A stretch of 64,000 nt of DNA from contig DIWR01000024.1 of assembly GCA_002428495.1 (NCBI GenBank), positions 71,631-135,630 on the forward strand, given 5' to 3'. A program made the translations under genes and the position numbers. This document shows positions 29,084 through 38,993 of this stretch, piece after piece. The notes beneath the pieces were generated by a model. It did not search any database. It worked only from the letters and a program-made list of their open reading frames with translations, and was not told the DNA's origin. Each line of letters begins with the position of its first letter. The first letter of the stretch is position 1. Origin of the DNA: Synergistaceae bacterium UBA6101. Lineage in GTDB: Bacteria; Synergistota; Synergistia; Synergistales; Synergistaceae.

Positions 29084-29191
29084 GAAAATAGTGTAAAATA
29101 TCGGGAGGTAGCATATGGCTGCCTCCTTTTTTGTTATATTTGAAGCGTTCCATGAAAAAGCGGAAATCCGCACATAGAGGTGATCGGCCCG

Positions 29192-30511
29192 ATGAGAGGT
29201 ATTGAAGCGGCGCTCCAGGTGTATGGCGAGGTAAGTGAAGGCGCCTTCGCCGCTGAAGCGCTCAGGAAGTTATACACGGATATTGCTCCTTCTGACAGGG
29301 TGCTTGCTGCTACTTTGGTCTACTGTTCGCTCAGAAGGCAGGGACTCTGGAAGCATCTGCTCATGAAATACTGCAGACGAAACACAAAAGACATGTCGGC
29401 TCTTACGCATAACGCTCTTATCATCGGAATAGCAGGGATAGTGGAGCTTAAATATTTCGCACTTCCTGTTCTCATCAACGGCCTTGTACAGGCAATAAAA
29501 TCAAAGGGCGACGATCACGATATCGGACTTGTCAATGCGGTCCTGCATACAGTAGCTGATGAAGCCAAACCATATCTGGCAGAGCTTAAAAAAAGCAGCG
29601 CACTCAGGGACCAGGCACTTTACTGGGGTATACCCGGGTGGGCAGCCGCTCAGTGGGCCAAGGACATGTCTATATCGGAGGCAAAGCACCTTGTAAAGTC
29701 AAGCGGAATGAGAACATATCTTTCGCTCAGGCTTTCGCGTGGAGCAGACAGGGAAGAATGGCTGCAGGAGTACAGAGCTTCAGGGAAAAAAGCCTGGGCA
29801 TCCCCCTTTCTGGAGAGGTCTGTACGCACTCCTGCGAATCCTTACCCGCTTGAGATCCCCGGATTTTCAGAGGGCAGGATAACACCTCAGAGCGAGTCAT
29901 CAATGTTTGTTGCGGAGGCATTTTCCAGACGCTGGAAGGGTGAGCCTCTGCTTGATATGTGCTGCGGACGGGGCATCAAGACAGGTCAGCTTGCTGATAT
30001 GATGCCGGAAGCAAAGATCGAGGCATGGGACATATCTGAAGGCAGGATAAGGTCTGCAGAGTACGAAATGATAAGGATGTCCGCCCGTGACAGGGTCACT
30101 TTTTTCTGCGGGGATTCCCTCAGGCTTGAGCCTCAAACTGAACCGAAAGCGATACTGCTGGATGCTCCATGTACGGGAAGCGGTACATGGGGAAGGCATC
30201 CGGAGAGCAAATGGAGGATAACTCCCGAGATGGTCTCAGAAGCGGCGGATCTTCAGAGAAAACTCCTTGACAGGGCTGTTTCTCTCGTTGTGCCCGGAGG
30301 CATTGTTGCATACAGTACATGCAGCATGTTCAGGGAAGAAAATGAAAAGGTAGTGGCTGCGGTAATGGCTCAGCACCCCGAACTTACCGAAGTTCCTGTG
30401 GAAAGAAGCCATAAGCTCATGTCAAAGGGCAAACCGTACGGCACTGTGATCTGGCCGGGTCTTCCTTGGATCGACGGTTTCTATCTGGCGCTTCTTGTAA
30501 AGCGCAAATAG
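29192..30511 (+). CDS. rsmB: 16S rRNA m5C methyltransferase RsmB/Sun family
   Basis: NusB-like N-domain and SAM-MTase core (LLDMCCGRGIKT, DAPCTGSGT, YSTCS). ATG 29192 after an AGAGGTGA SD is preferred over GTG 29180. Confidence 0.8.
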   Translation: MRGIEAALQVYGEVSEGAFAAEALRKLYTDIAPSDRVLAATLVYCSLRRQGLWKHLLMKYCRRNTKDMSALTHNALIIGIAGIVELKYFALPVLINGLVQAIKSKGDDHDIGLVNAVLHTVADEAKPYLAELKKSSALRDQALYWGIPGWAAAQWAKDMSISEAKHLVKSSGMRTYLSLRLSRGADREEWLQEYRASGKKAWASPFLERSVRTPANPYPLEIPGFSEGRITPQSESSMFVAEAFSRRWKGEPLLDMCCGRGIKTGQLADMMPEAKIEAWDISEGRIRSAEYEMIRMSARDRVTFFCGDSLRLEPQTEPKAILLDAPCTGSGTWGRHPESKWRITPEMVSEAADLQRKLLDRAVSLVVPGGIVAYSTCSMFREENEKVVAAVMAQHPELTEVPVERSHKLMSKGKPYGTVIWPGLPWIDGFYLALLVKRK

Positions 30512-30531
30512 AGGGGAAGGAGATCGTATTT

Positions 30532-31686
30532 ATGGGAAAAGTTCATCGCTGGGGCATGGTAATAGCATTTATCGTGATAATAGCCAGTGCATATTTTGGT
30601 ATCAAGACAGTTTTTATTGAGGACAAAAGTGCCACCGTGCCAAACATGTTAGGCCTGCAGCTCGTGGATGCAGTAGAAGCCCTTCAGAAGGAAGGTCTCC
30701 TTGCAAAGGTCGATCAGGTCGATTCACCTGAAAGGGCTGACACCGTTATCTCCCAGAACCTCCCCGCAGGGGAGAGAGTATCAAAGGGAAAAGTCGTCAT
30801 TGTAAGGGTAAGCAAAGGCGGATCCATACTTCCTGTCCCGGATGTGAGGGGCCTGAAGTTTGAGGAAGGCGTAAAGAGGCTGAGCGAAGCCGGTTTCAAA
30901 GTGGATAAGACGATCAGAGTCACGGACAAGCTTAAACCCGCCGGATCGATAATCGCACAGAACCCTGCTGCACCACAGCAGGTAGCGGCGAACTGCATGG
31001 TAAGTCTGCTCGTCAGTTCAGGCGGAAGCGGCGGCAGCGCATTTGTAAGCGTCCCCGATCTAAAGGGCCAGGGACCGGATGTAGTGGCCCAGGTGCTAGA
31101 GCAGATAGGACTCACGGTGGGAAGCAGGACAGAGACACCCTCAGCGGAGGTCCCTGCAGGTACGGTATTGAGGACGAACCCCAGGAACGGGGCCAACGTT
31201 CCTGCCGGAACCCTGATCAACCTCACGATAGCAAGGGCTTTAAAGCCCGGCGAGGCATCCACTGAAACACCGCCGGCTGACGACCGGGACCCCGAGAGGG
31301 CTGCTGCTGTCAGGACTGTTGTGATCAAAAACACCGAACCATCTGACATACCGACGAAGCTGCCCAAAAATCCGGCGCCCGCTCCGTCACAAGAAGCAAA
31401 TAAAGTGGAAGTCAAAAACGAGGCAGAGCCTGTAAAAGCTTCGGAGCCCGCAAAGCCCTCCCCTGCACTGAATCAGAAGACGGCTAAACTGAGGTACCAG
31501 GTCCCGCCCCTGACTAAACCTCTCTCACTGAAGATAGAGCTTACAGATGATACGGGAACAAAGGTCATTAAGGATATCATGGCAAACGGCAGCGAGTATA
31601 TCTCGATAAATGTTCCATTCACCGGACAGGCCACGATTACCATTTATCTGGGAGGTGACTTCGTATGGCAGGATCGTTTCAAATAA
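30532..31686 (+). CDS. membrane-anchored PASTA-domain protein without a kinase domain
   Basis: One N-terminal TM helix, three PASTA repeats (VPNMLGL.., VPDVRGL.., VPDLKGQ..), a Pro-rich linker and a C-terminal beta-rich domain. Start at ATG 30532 after AGGGGAAGGAG. Confidence 0.8.
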   Translation: MGKVHRWGMVIAFIVIIASAYFGIKTVFIEDKSATVPNMLGLQLVDAVEALQKEGLLAKVDQVDSPERADTVISQNLPAGERVSKGKVVIVRVSKGGSILPVPDVRGLKFEEGVKRLSEAGFKVDKTIRVTDKLKPAGSIIAQNPAAPQQVAANCMVSLLVSSGGSGGSAFVSVPDLKGQGPDVVAQVLEQIGLTVGSRTETPSAEVPAGTVLRTNPRNGANVPAGTLINLTIARALKPGEASTETPPADDRDPERAAAVRTVVIKNTEPSDIPTKLPKNPAPAPSQEANKVEVKNEAEPVKASEPAKPSPALNQKTAKLRYQVPPLTKPLSLKIELTDDTGTKVIKDIMANGSEYISINVPFTGQATITIYLGGDFVWQDRFK

Positions 31687-31694
31687 AAAAAGAG

Positions 31695-32393
31695 ATGGAA
31701 GGCAGGAGCGTTATCATTTCGCCCTCACTGCTTTCCGCTGATGCCCTCAATATGGAGAGGGATATCGAGAAAATTGAGAAGGAAGCCGAATGGCTCCACC
31801 TCGATATCATGGACGGACATTTTGTGCCGAATCTTTCATACGGCCCCTCTCTTTTAAAGGCCCTGAGAAAGAGATACCCGGACAAATTTATTGATGTACA
31901 TATTATGGTCGAACCTCCGGAAGCCTTTACAGGAATGTTCCTTGCGGAGAAGCCTTCCGTGCTGACTGTCCATGCTGAAGCGACCCCGCACATACACAGG
32001 GTGCTCCAGAGCATACGGCACGAAGGTGTCCCATGCGGCGTTTCCGTCAATCCCGGTACCCCTGTTGAAGTGCTTTATCCTATCCTTCACATGGTAGACC
32101 TGGTACTGATAATGTCAGTCGATCCGGGATACGGAGGACAGTCTTTCATTCCGGAAACATTGAAGAAAGTCTCTGCTCTGGCAGAATGGCGCAGTTCAAA
32201 TGAAGGCGGCTATCTTATCCAGATGGATGGAGGCATCGGCCCTGACAACACTGAACTTGCCGTAAGGCATGGGTGTGACGTGCTGGTCACAGGCAGCGCG
32301 ATATTCGGAAAGCCGGATCCGGCAGCGGTGATAAGGGAGATGCGCGCCAATGCAGAAAGGGGGCGTCAGATTGGAAAAAAAAGAGACTCATAA
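31695..32393 (+). CDS. rpe: ribulose-phosphate 3-epimerase
   Basis: ISPSLLSAD, HLDIMDGHFVPN, MSVDPGYGGQ and DGG motifs. Confidence 0.9.
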   Translation: MEGRSVIISPSLLSADALNMERDIEKIEKEAEWLHLDIMDGHFVPNLSYGPSLLKALRKRYPDKFIDVHIMVEPPEAFTGMFLAEKPSVLTVHAEATPHIHRVLQSIRHEGVPCGVSVNPGTPVEVLYPILHMVDLVLIMSVDPGYGGQSFIPETLKKVSALAEWRSSNEGGYLIQMDGGIGPDNTELAVRHGCDVLVTGSAIFGKPDPAAVIREMRANAERGRQIGKKRDS

Positions 32394-33306
32394 CGAGGAG
32401 CAAAAGACTCAGATACAGATAAGGGAACTCGGGTCACGCCTGAAGAGCATAAGGGAAGCCCAGGGACTTTCAATAGCCGATGTTTCTAATGTGACCAAAA
32501 TACAGAAACACTACCTCGCTGCGATCGAAGAGGGAGATCTCGATCATCTGCCAAGGGGTCCTTACGTCAGGAGCTTCGTTCGTCAGTACTGTGAGCACCT
32601 GAGCGCTCCGGATATATGGAAAAGCTACGACGTCATCACCAAAAGGCAAAAAGCGGCAGAGCCGCCGATCCCTGCCGGGGACGAAACGAATTACAGTGAT
32701 TCTTGTAAGGTATTCAAACCAAGATCTTTTTTGTGGCTCTATCTTTTGATAGCCCTCTCTCTTGGGTCTGCCGGATGGATAACCTGGCAGTACAGGGGCG
32801 ACATAAAAACTTCCGCTACAAGCCCCATAGACGGAGGAACGACCGGCACTTCCATGGAGCAGAAGCCGGAAATACAGAAGACGCCCCTTTCGGCGGATGA
32901 AGCAGTGCCGCCTCTGTCGGGTGACGCGGTCAGCAAAGACGAGCAGACAGACCTTTCGTGGATGGACGGCAAACAGCCGCAGCCGGTGACAGCAGCAGCA
33001 AAAGCACCGGATCCTCAAGAGGCACCGGAGCAGGCAGCCGCCCCCAGATCCGTAAAGGTCACTGCTGAAAATGCCTATGTATGGATGAAGATAAGCAGGG
33101 GCGATAAAATACTCTTCGAGGGAACTATGAAGCCAGGTGAATTTAAAGAGTATGAGGTAAGCTCAGGACTGCCGGTAAGGGTCAGGATAGGAAAACCCGG
33201 CAGCACATCGATACTGTGGGAGGGCAAAAAAATATTTCCTGTAGGGCCCGGCAGCAGCCCGGCAACGAAATTCTTCTGGCCGGACGGTAAAATTTCAGAC
33301 AGTTGA
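32350..33306 (+). CDS. rodZ: RodZ-like cytoskeleton protein (HTH plus TM plus DUF4115)
   Basis: LGSRLKSIREAQGLSIADVSNVTKIQKHYLAAIEEGDLDHLP HTH, a mid TM helix and a C-terminal DUF4115-like beta domain. Confidence 0.72.
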   Translation: MQKGGVRLEKKETHNEEQKTQIQIRELGSRLKSIREAQGLSIADVSNVTKIQKHYLAAIEEGDLDHLPRGPYVRSFVRQYCEHLSAPDIWKSYDVITKRQKAAEPPIPAGDETNYSDSCKVFKPRSFLWLYLLIALSLGSAGWITWQYRGDIKTSATSPIDGGTTGTSMEQKPEIQKTPLSADEAVPPLSGDAVSKDEQTDLSWMDGKQPQPVTAAAKAPDPQEAPEQAAAPRSVKVTAENAYVWMKISRGDKILFEGTMKPGEFKEYEVSSGLPVRVRIGKPGSTSILWEGKKIFPVGPGSSPATKFFWPDGKISDS

Positions 33307-33401
33307 TCCTCTGGATCGTCTCTTATGGATATAAAAGAGGGAAGCCCCTGTTCTCAGGCAGGCTTCCCTCTTTTTTGCTGTTTATTTGGGGTCTTTAGGT
33401 G

Positions 33402-33752
33402 CTATGGGATCGTTATTTCAGATTCTGTTGAGCCCATAATGTTGCATACAAGCTGGACCCTTACATGTGAACCAGGTTTCAGTCCCTTTAAAATGACGCT
33501 GTCACTGAACCCGCCCGGAACTCCCTGTTTGTCATACTGTTTCAGAAGCAGCTGCTTGTTGCCCTCAAAGACTGTAAGGGTGAGGATGTAATGTTTGACA
33601 GGATCATTGACACTGTGCTCAGATGTTACTGTCAGGGTCTCAGACGATTTGTCCCAAACTGCATTTATATTTTTTGGGGGGTGTGCAAATGACGCAACTG
33701 CTGAGACCAGTATCAACAGCGCTGTTACGGCGTAGATCAATGTCTTTTTCAT
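33402..33752 (-). CDS. exported protein, function unknown
   Basis: 116 aa with a signal peptide (LLILVSAVASFA) and a beta-rich mature part. Downstream of copZ. Confidence 0.5.
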   Translation of the reverse strand: MKKTLIYAVTALLILVSAVASFAHPPKNINAVWDKSSETLTVTSEHSVNDPVKHYILTLTVFEGNKQLLLKQYDKQGVPGGFSDSVILKGLKPGSHVRVQLVCNIMGSTESEITIP

Positions 33753-33789
33753 TTCTATTCCCCCTTATCTAAAACCAATTCTATCATAC

Positions 33790-33993
33790 TTAACTCTTTA
33801 TTTCCGCTTTGTAACCGGCCTCGTCTATTTTTTTAAGCAGTTCTTCGGATGAGACCTCTGTTTCGACCACCGCGATCTTAGTTTCCAGATCAAGTGATAT
33901 TACGTTACCGCCAAGAGATGAAACAGCTTCACGTATGCGTTTTTCGCAATGGCCGCACATCATTTCCGGAACCAAAAGCGTAAATTTTTTCAT
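33790..33993 (-). CDS. copZ: copper chaperone, HMA domain
   Basis: 67 aa with an MMCGHCEKRI MxCxxC motif. Confidence 0.85.
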   Translation of the reverse strand: MKKFTLLVPEMMCGHCEKRIREAVSSLGGNVISLDLETKIAVVETEVSSEELLKKIDEAGYKAEIKS

Positions 33994-34009
33994 TTTAATG
34001 TCCTCCTTG

Positions 34010-36172
34010 TTATTTGTCTGCCGAGCCTGAGATGCGAAGCGAGTTCAAAATAACTGTTATAGAGCTTGCAGCCATTGCCAGCTCTGCGACGAGCGGATGT
34101 AGAAGCCCCAGCATCGCAAGCGGTATGGCGATTATGTTGTAGAAGAATGCGCCAAAAAGATTCTGGCGGATCACCTGCCATGTCTTATCAGATATTCTAA
34201 CAGCAGATACTATTTTTGAGATGCCGCCTTTAAGGATCACAATGTCCGCGCTGTCGACAGCAAGGTCCATTCCTCCGCCCATTGCTACTCCGACATGGGC
34301 GCCCTTCAGGGCTGCGGCGTCGTTTATCCCGTCTCCTGCCATAAGGACTTTTCTGCCCTTGCCCTGGGTCTCCCTCACTATTGAGAGTTTATCTTCGGGA
34401 CGTACTTCCCATCTAACTTCTTCTATACCGGCCTGTTCGGCTATTTCCAATGCTGCCTCCATACCGTCACCCGTGGCCATCATCGTGGTTATGCCAAGTT
34501 CCGCCAGTTCTGATACAGCATCTTTAGAGTCTTTTCTTATAGGGTCAGAGATGGCAAAAAAGCCAACAGGAAGACCGTTTTTTCTGACTTCAACAATAGA
34601 TCGTGCAAGAGCTGACCTGGCTGTCCACTTTGATCTGTTTAGAGGCCTGCCCACGAACCATTCGGCATCCCCCCATCTTCCTGTAACGCCCTCTCCGGGT
34701 ATCTCTTCAACACTTTCAGGCTTGTTGAAAACACGTGTGCCAAGGATCCTTACTACAGCTTTGGCCACAGGGTGTCCTGAATTGGATTCAAGGGCGAAGG
34801 CAAAAGGGATGGCCTCATCTTCAAGTTCCCATTCAAGCACTTCCGGTTCGCCAACGGTCAGTGTGCCTGTCTTGTCGAGGATGGCATGGTCAACTTCGTG
34901 CAATGTCTGGATGGCCTCCGCATTCCTTATCAAAAGACCGTTTTTTGAAGCCTCGCCGGTGCTGACTACAAGAGCAAGCGGGGTCGCAAGTCCAAGTGCA
35001 CAGGGACATGCTATCACCAGAGTTGCCACGAAGGAATATGCTGCTGCGGATACAGGCGAACTGAATGCCGTTGGCCATGGAAGATATGCCGCAAGCGGTG
35101 CAACATAGACAGAAAGCCTGTCGAAAAAGAAAAACCATGTCAAAGCGCTTATCACAGCCAGTGAGATCACGGCCGGAACGAATTTGAGAGTTATTCTGTC
35201 TGCAAGATCCTGAAGGGGCACCTTGCTCCCCTGGGCTTCCCTCACCAGATCCAGCATTTTTGAGAGGAATGTGTCCTCGCCTACTTTTGTTGTCCTGATC
35301 AGAAGCACGCCTGAGAGATTCATGGCTCCCCCTGTAACGTCAGACCCTGCATCCTTGACTGCAGGCTGGGATTCGCCTGTCAAAAGGGATTCATCAACAC
35401 CGGAGAGCCCTTCCTCGACTACGCCGTCAAGCGGTATCCTCTCTCCCGGGTTTACCTGGATGATCGTGTCAGGCTTTACTGCTTCTATTGGGACCATGAG
35501 AGTCATGCCGTCAGAGACGACACGGGCTTCCCTCGGCTGAATTGTCATAAGCGCCTTGACCTGTTTTGCAGCCTTGTCCCTGAGGTGTGATTCGATATAC
35601 CTGCCCGTCAGATGCAGCATAAGTATCATCACTCCTATTGTACCGAAGGAGGGTATGTCAAGGCCGTAATAGTTCATAAGGGCCGTCACCCACGAGGCCA
35701 CGGCGCTGATAGCTATTAGCGTGTCCATATTTGTGTGGGCATGCGCTAGTGCGATCCATGCCCCGCGGAGTGTTTTGCGCCCGCCCCAGAATATGGCGAG
35801 GCCTCCCGCAACGATCTCCATTATTCCATACCAGTGATAGTGGATACCCATCGCCATGTGCATGAACATCAGTACCGACATTGGGATGCCGATCAAAAGT
35901 ATGAAGAAGAGGTCTTTTCTGGCCTCGCGATATTTTATGTCGTCTATGTCTGCCGGAGCCTCTTTAAGTATCTTATACCCGCTTTTTTCAACAGCATTCT
36001 CAAGTATCTCAAAAGTAACGGAGCCGTCGGCTGCGACAAAGACGCTCTCTGTAGCAAGGTTGACGGAAGCATAAGATACACCCTCCACTTTCGAGAGCGC
36101 CCTTTCAACTATTTTCGAACAGGTAGTACAGGTCATACCTGTTACGCGAAAAGACATTTTTTGTTCTGACAT
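34010..36172 (-). CDS. copA: copper-translocating P1B-type ATPase
   Basis: N-terminal HMA (GMTCTTCSK), CPC (ACPCALGLATP), DKTGTLT and GDGINDA motifs. ATG 36172 is preferred over TTG 36178. Confidence 0.9.
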   Translation of the reverse strand: MSEQKMSFRVTGMTCTTCSKIVERALSKVEGVSYASVNLATESVFVAADGSVTFEILENAVEKSGYKILKEAPADIDDIKYREARKDLFFILLIGIPMSVLMFMHMAMGIHYHWYGIMEIVAGGLAIFWGGRKTLRGAWIALAHAHTNMDTLIAISAVASWVTALMNYYGLDIPSFGTIGVMILMLHLTGRYIESHLRDKAAKQVKALMTIQPREARVVSDGMTLMVPIEAVKPDTIIQVNPGERIPLDGVVEEGLSGVDESLLTGESQPAVKDAGSDVTGGAMNLSGVLLIRTTKVGEDTFLSKMLDLVREAQGSKVPLQDLADRITLKFVPAVISLAVISALTWFFFFDRLSVYVAPLAAYLPWPTAFSSPVSAAAYSFVATLVIACPCALGLATPLALVVSTGEASKNGLLIRNAEAIQTLHEVDHAILDKTGTLTVGEPEVLEWELEDEAIPFAFALESNSGHPVAKAVVRILGTRVFNKPESVEEIPGEGVTGRWGDAEWFVGRPLNRSKWTARSALARSIVEVRKNGLPVGFFAISDPIRKDSKDAVSELAELGITTMMATGDGMEAALEIAEQAGIEEVRWEVRPEDKLSIVRETQGKGRKVLMAGDGINDAAALKGAHVGVAMGGGMDLAVDSADIVILKGGISKIVSAVRISDKTWQVIRQNLFGAFFYNIIAIPLAMLGLLHPLVAELAMAASSITVILNSLRISGSADK

Positions 36173-36203
36173 GGCCAACCTCCAAAAAAAATCACATAAA
36201 GAC

Positions 36204-36231
36204 TTGCCTGAAATGAAAAGGTCGCTATAAT
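36204..36231 (+). promoter_or_regulatory. sigma70-like promoter of tRNA-Ser
   Basis: TTGCCT (36204-36209), N16, TATAAT (36226-36231), 13 nt before the tRNA 5' end. Confidence 0.5.
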
Positions 36232-36244
36232 ATTAACGTTGTCC

Positions 36245-36332
36245 GGAGAGCTGTCCGAGTGGTCTATGGTGACTGACTTGAAATCAGTTGGGTGTCACAG
36301 CCCCAGGGGTTCGAATCCTCTGCTCTCCGCCA
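36245..36332 (+). tRNA. tRNA-Ser (anticodon UGA)
   Basis: 88 nt with GGAGAGC acceptor, anticodon loop CTTGAAA, long variable arm, GGTTCGAATCC T-loop and encoded CCA. Confidence 0.93.
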
Positions 36333-36344
36333 GGCTTTATCTGG

Positions 36345-36380
36345 GCGGCTTCCTTCAAGGGAAGCCGCTTATTGTTTTCA
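36345..36380 (+). terminator. intrinsic terminator after tRNA-Ser
   Basis: GCGGCTTCC-ttcaag-GGAAGCCGC followed by TTATTGTTTT. Confidence 0.6.
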
Positions 36381-36460
36381 ATGATACGGTACTCCCCTTA
36401 ATGGATACAGGTTTTTTTGCTGATATAACTACTCGTAAAGAAACTGATAAGGTGACATAT

Positions 36461-36865
36461 ATGATAAAATTTAAACATTTAGAAAAGGAAGCGGGGTCGT
36501 CCGGATTGAAAAGAATAGCTATATCTATGATCCTGATACTGATCTTTGCCATGCCGGCCTTTGCCGTCTTCAGCTCAAAGGGACAGATACCCAACGGGGC
36601 TCCGGTAGAATACCGCGGACTCAAGGTCACTTCTGAGGGAGTGAACATCACTCTTGTGAACAAAGGCGAAGCTCCTGTCAAATTTTCAGCCGCCTGCAGC
36701 TTTGTAGGGGAGAACAGAAAAGAGATCGGCGATATCTTTATCGAGGAGACAGAACTGGCTCCCGGCGAGGATAAGCATTTCAAAGGCCTGTATCTCAAGG
36801 GGGATCTCAAACTGGCAAGAAAAGCAGCATCTCTCAAGTGGACGATCTATAAACTCGAACAGTAA
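36461..36865 (+). CDS. exported protein, function unknown
   Basis: 134 aa from ATG 36461, with a signal/TM segment (ISMILILIFAMPAFA). The ORF-track N-terminal extension overlaps tRNA-Ser and is discarded. Confidence 0.55.
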   Translation: MIKFKHLEKEAGSSGLKRIAISMILILIFAMPAFAVFSSKGQIPNGAPVEYRGLKVTSEGVNITLVNKGEAPVKFSAACSFVGENRKEIGDIFIEETELAPGEDKHFKGLYLKGDLKLARKAASLKWTIYKLEQ

Positions 36866-37014
36866 GGTCTACATTTTCCTATTGATTGAAAAAAAAGTAT
36901 TTGACATTTTTATTAAAGAGGATTATTCTTGGCCTCTAACCAAAAAATGACAGCTGAGAAAGCCGATATTTCGGCCATACACTGCATAAGCTGTCTGAGA
37001 AGGAGGTTAGAGGG

Positions 37015-37758
37015 ATGAAGACCCTTGCAGTGATCCCCGCAAGATTTGCAAGCACAAGACTTCCAGGAAAGCCACTCATCCCGATAGCAGGGGTGCCTCT
37101 TGTCATAAGAGTCCTCTCAAATGTCAGCAGATGCAGAAGTGTAGACAGGGTAGTCGTCGCCACAGACGATGAAAGGATAGCCGCGCTCGTCCGTGAAAAC
37201 GGCGGAGAGGCAATAATGACCCCTCCCGATCTTCCAAGCGGAGGAGACCGTGTCGCATGGGCCGCAGAGAGGATCCCCTCAGAATATGTAATAAACGTGC
37301 AGGTGGATGACCCCCTTGTCGGCAGTGACATGATAGACCCTCTCATTGAGGTGCTGAGCTCTGCCCCGGAGGTCTCACTAGCCCTTCTCGCAAAAAAGAT
37401 CGAACGTGATGAAGAGATAACATCTCCCGACATCGTTAAGATGGTTTTTGACAAAAACGGCAAAGGCCTCTACTTCAGCCGTTCACCCATACCGTTCCCC
37501 AGGAGTCCTGAAGGAAAATGGTACAAGCACATCGGACCCTACGCCTGGAGGCGTGATCTCCTCCTTGATTTTTCGAAATGGGAGCAGACCCCGCTTGAGA
37601 AGGCAGAGAGCCTTGAGATGCTCAGGGTCCTTGAAAGAGGCCATTCCATAAGGTGCATCGTCACGCAGCGTGACACTATTGAGATAGACACCCAGAACGA
37701 CCTGCTGAGGATCGAGGAATATCTTTCAGACCACTTGAACTCCCAGACCTTCCCGTGA
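37015..37758 (+). CDS. kdsB: 3-deoxy-manno-octulosonate cytidylyltransferase (CMP-Kdo synthetase)
   Basis: AVIPARFASTRLPGKPL N-terminus and a family-typical body. GGAGG SD. Confidence 0.9.
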   Translation: MKTLAVIPARFASTRLPGKPLIPIAGVPLVIRVLSNVSRCRSVDRVVVATDDERIAALVRENGGEAIMTPPDLPSGGDRVAWAAERIPSEYVINVQVDDPLVGSDMIDPLIEVLSSAPEVSLALLAKKIERDEEITSPDIVKMVFDKNGKGLYFSRSPIPFPRSPEGKWYKHIGPYAWRRDLLLDFSKWEQTPLEKAESLEMLRVLERGHSIRCIVTQRDTIEIDTQNDLLRIEEYLSDHLNSQTFP

Positions 37759-37858
37759 CGTTTCAGTAAGAGTTGGAAATACGCACACAGCTCAACGAAG
37801 CAGAAATGATCTGTTTTGATCGTGACAGCCGATAGAATCTAAAAAGGAGAAGTTAAAA

Positions 37859-38977
37859 ATGATAAATGTCCCAACGGATATAAAGGCTTTTGTAAATTCC
37901 TCACCCTGGTGGAAAACAAATTTTCCGACTGAAGTGATCTGTTCTGATGACGGAGTGGGAGATCTGATAAAAAAACTTGAATGCGAGTCAAGGAGACCAT
38001 ATTTTGTTCTCGACAGCGCTCTCCTTGAACAAGATACCTTTAGTCCACTGTTTAACGGATCCCCCGTATTTGTTTTTGATGCGTCAGCTTCAGAACCGAG
38101 GACAGAAGATGTTGACAGGCTGACTGAACTGATAAGGTCAGATCCCAGTGTTCCGGATCTGGCTGTGGCGGTGGGCGGCGGTTCTACAATGGATCTGACG
38201 AAGGCAGCTGCTATCTGTACCGCAAATCCGGGACCCTCATCCGGATATCAGGGATATGACATGGAAATGAACAAAGGGCTTGACATATGGGTACTTCCCA
38301 CGCTTAACGGTACCGGAGCGGAAATCACTCCCATAGCCGTGCTGAGAGGACCCGAAAAAAAACTTGGCATAAACAATAAATTTGTTGAGCCTGCCGTCGC
38401 TTTTATCGACCCGCAGCTTTCAGCAGGCGCAAAAAAATTCAATAGGTTCTTTACTCTTATGGACTGCTACTACCATCACTACGAGATCACAAAGAGCAAA
38501 ACAAGCTCGGGGGAAGCGCTTGCCGACGCGTCAAAGGGACTTACGCTCGCAAGAGATGCTCTTTCCCAAAAAATCGACGGATTTGATGCGGCAAAGGCAA
38601 TAAAGGCTGCAATGGCCTCTGTCCTGGGAGGCAGCAGCAGCATCGAAGGAAGGGTCGGCGCAGCACATGCCCTTTCTTACGGACTGAGCAACTCTTCTCC
38701 GACTCTGCCCCACAGCGTTGCCGTAACGATCTCGATGCTGGCCATGGAGGAGATATACCCCGACGGGTACTCGGATACCCTCACATTTCTTGAGCTGAAC
38801 GGTATAGGGGTCCCCCGTGCTTCAGACTATGGGATAAGCGAAAAAGATATATGGAAGATGACAAAAACAGCCCTTGGCATGGAGAAACTGTGGCAGAGCT
38901 GTTTTGGCAATAACTGGCAGGAGGAAGCAACTCCGGACTTTGTCAGAAGTGCCTACATGAAAATTACAAGTATATGA
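37859..38977 (+). CDS. iron-containing alcohol dehydrogenase-family protein (KdnB-like candidate)
   Basis: 372 aa with an Fe-ADH/DHQS-like fold signature (GGGSTMDLTKAAA, later HH/H ligand region). Sits between kdsB and a DegT aminotransferase. Confidence 0.6.
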   Translation: MINVPTDIKAFVNSSPWWKTNFPTEVICSDDGVGDLIKKLECESRRPYFVLDSALLEQDTFSPLFNGSPVFVFDASASEPRTEDVDRLTELIRSDPSVPDLAVAVGGGSTMDLTKAAAICTANPGPSSGYQGYDMEMNKGLDIWVLPTLNGTGAEITPIAVLRGPEKKLGINNKFVEPAVAFIDPQLSAGAKKFNRFFTLMDCYYHHYEITKSKTSSGEALADASKGLTLARDALSQKIDGFDAAKAIKAAMASVLGGSSSIEGRVGAAHALSYGLSNSSPTLPHSVAVTISMLAMEEIYPDGYSDTLTFLELNGIGVPRASDYGISEKDIWKMTKTALGMEKLWQSCFGNNWQEEATPDFVRSAYMKITSI

Positions 38978-38993
38978 CCGGGGAGGGATCATA

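Noticed and set aside
30714-31415. 233-aa ORF on the minus strand
   Set aside because: It is antisense to the PASTA-domain gene, with a low-complexity translation and no start context.
32470-33018. 182-aa minus-strand ORF
   Set aside because: It is antisense to rodZ, with an Arg/Cys-rich translation and no support.
34221-35108. 295-aa ORF on the plus strand
   Set aside because: It is antisense to copA. Its Ser/Pro/Ala/Thr-rich low-complexity translation is typical of the reverse frame of a real gene.
36239-36460. N-terminal 74 codons of ORF 36239..36865
   Set aside because: This part is simply the translation of tRNA-Ser and its terminator. The real CDS starts at ATG 36461.
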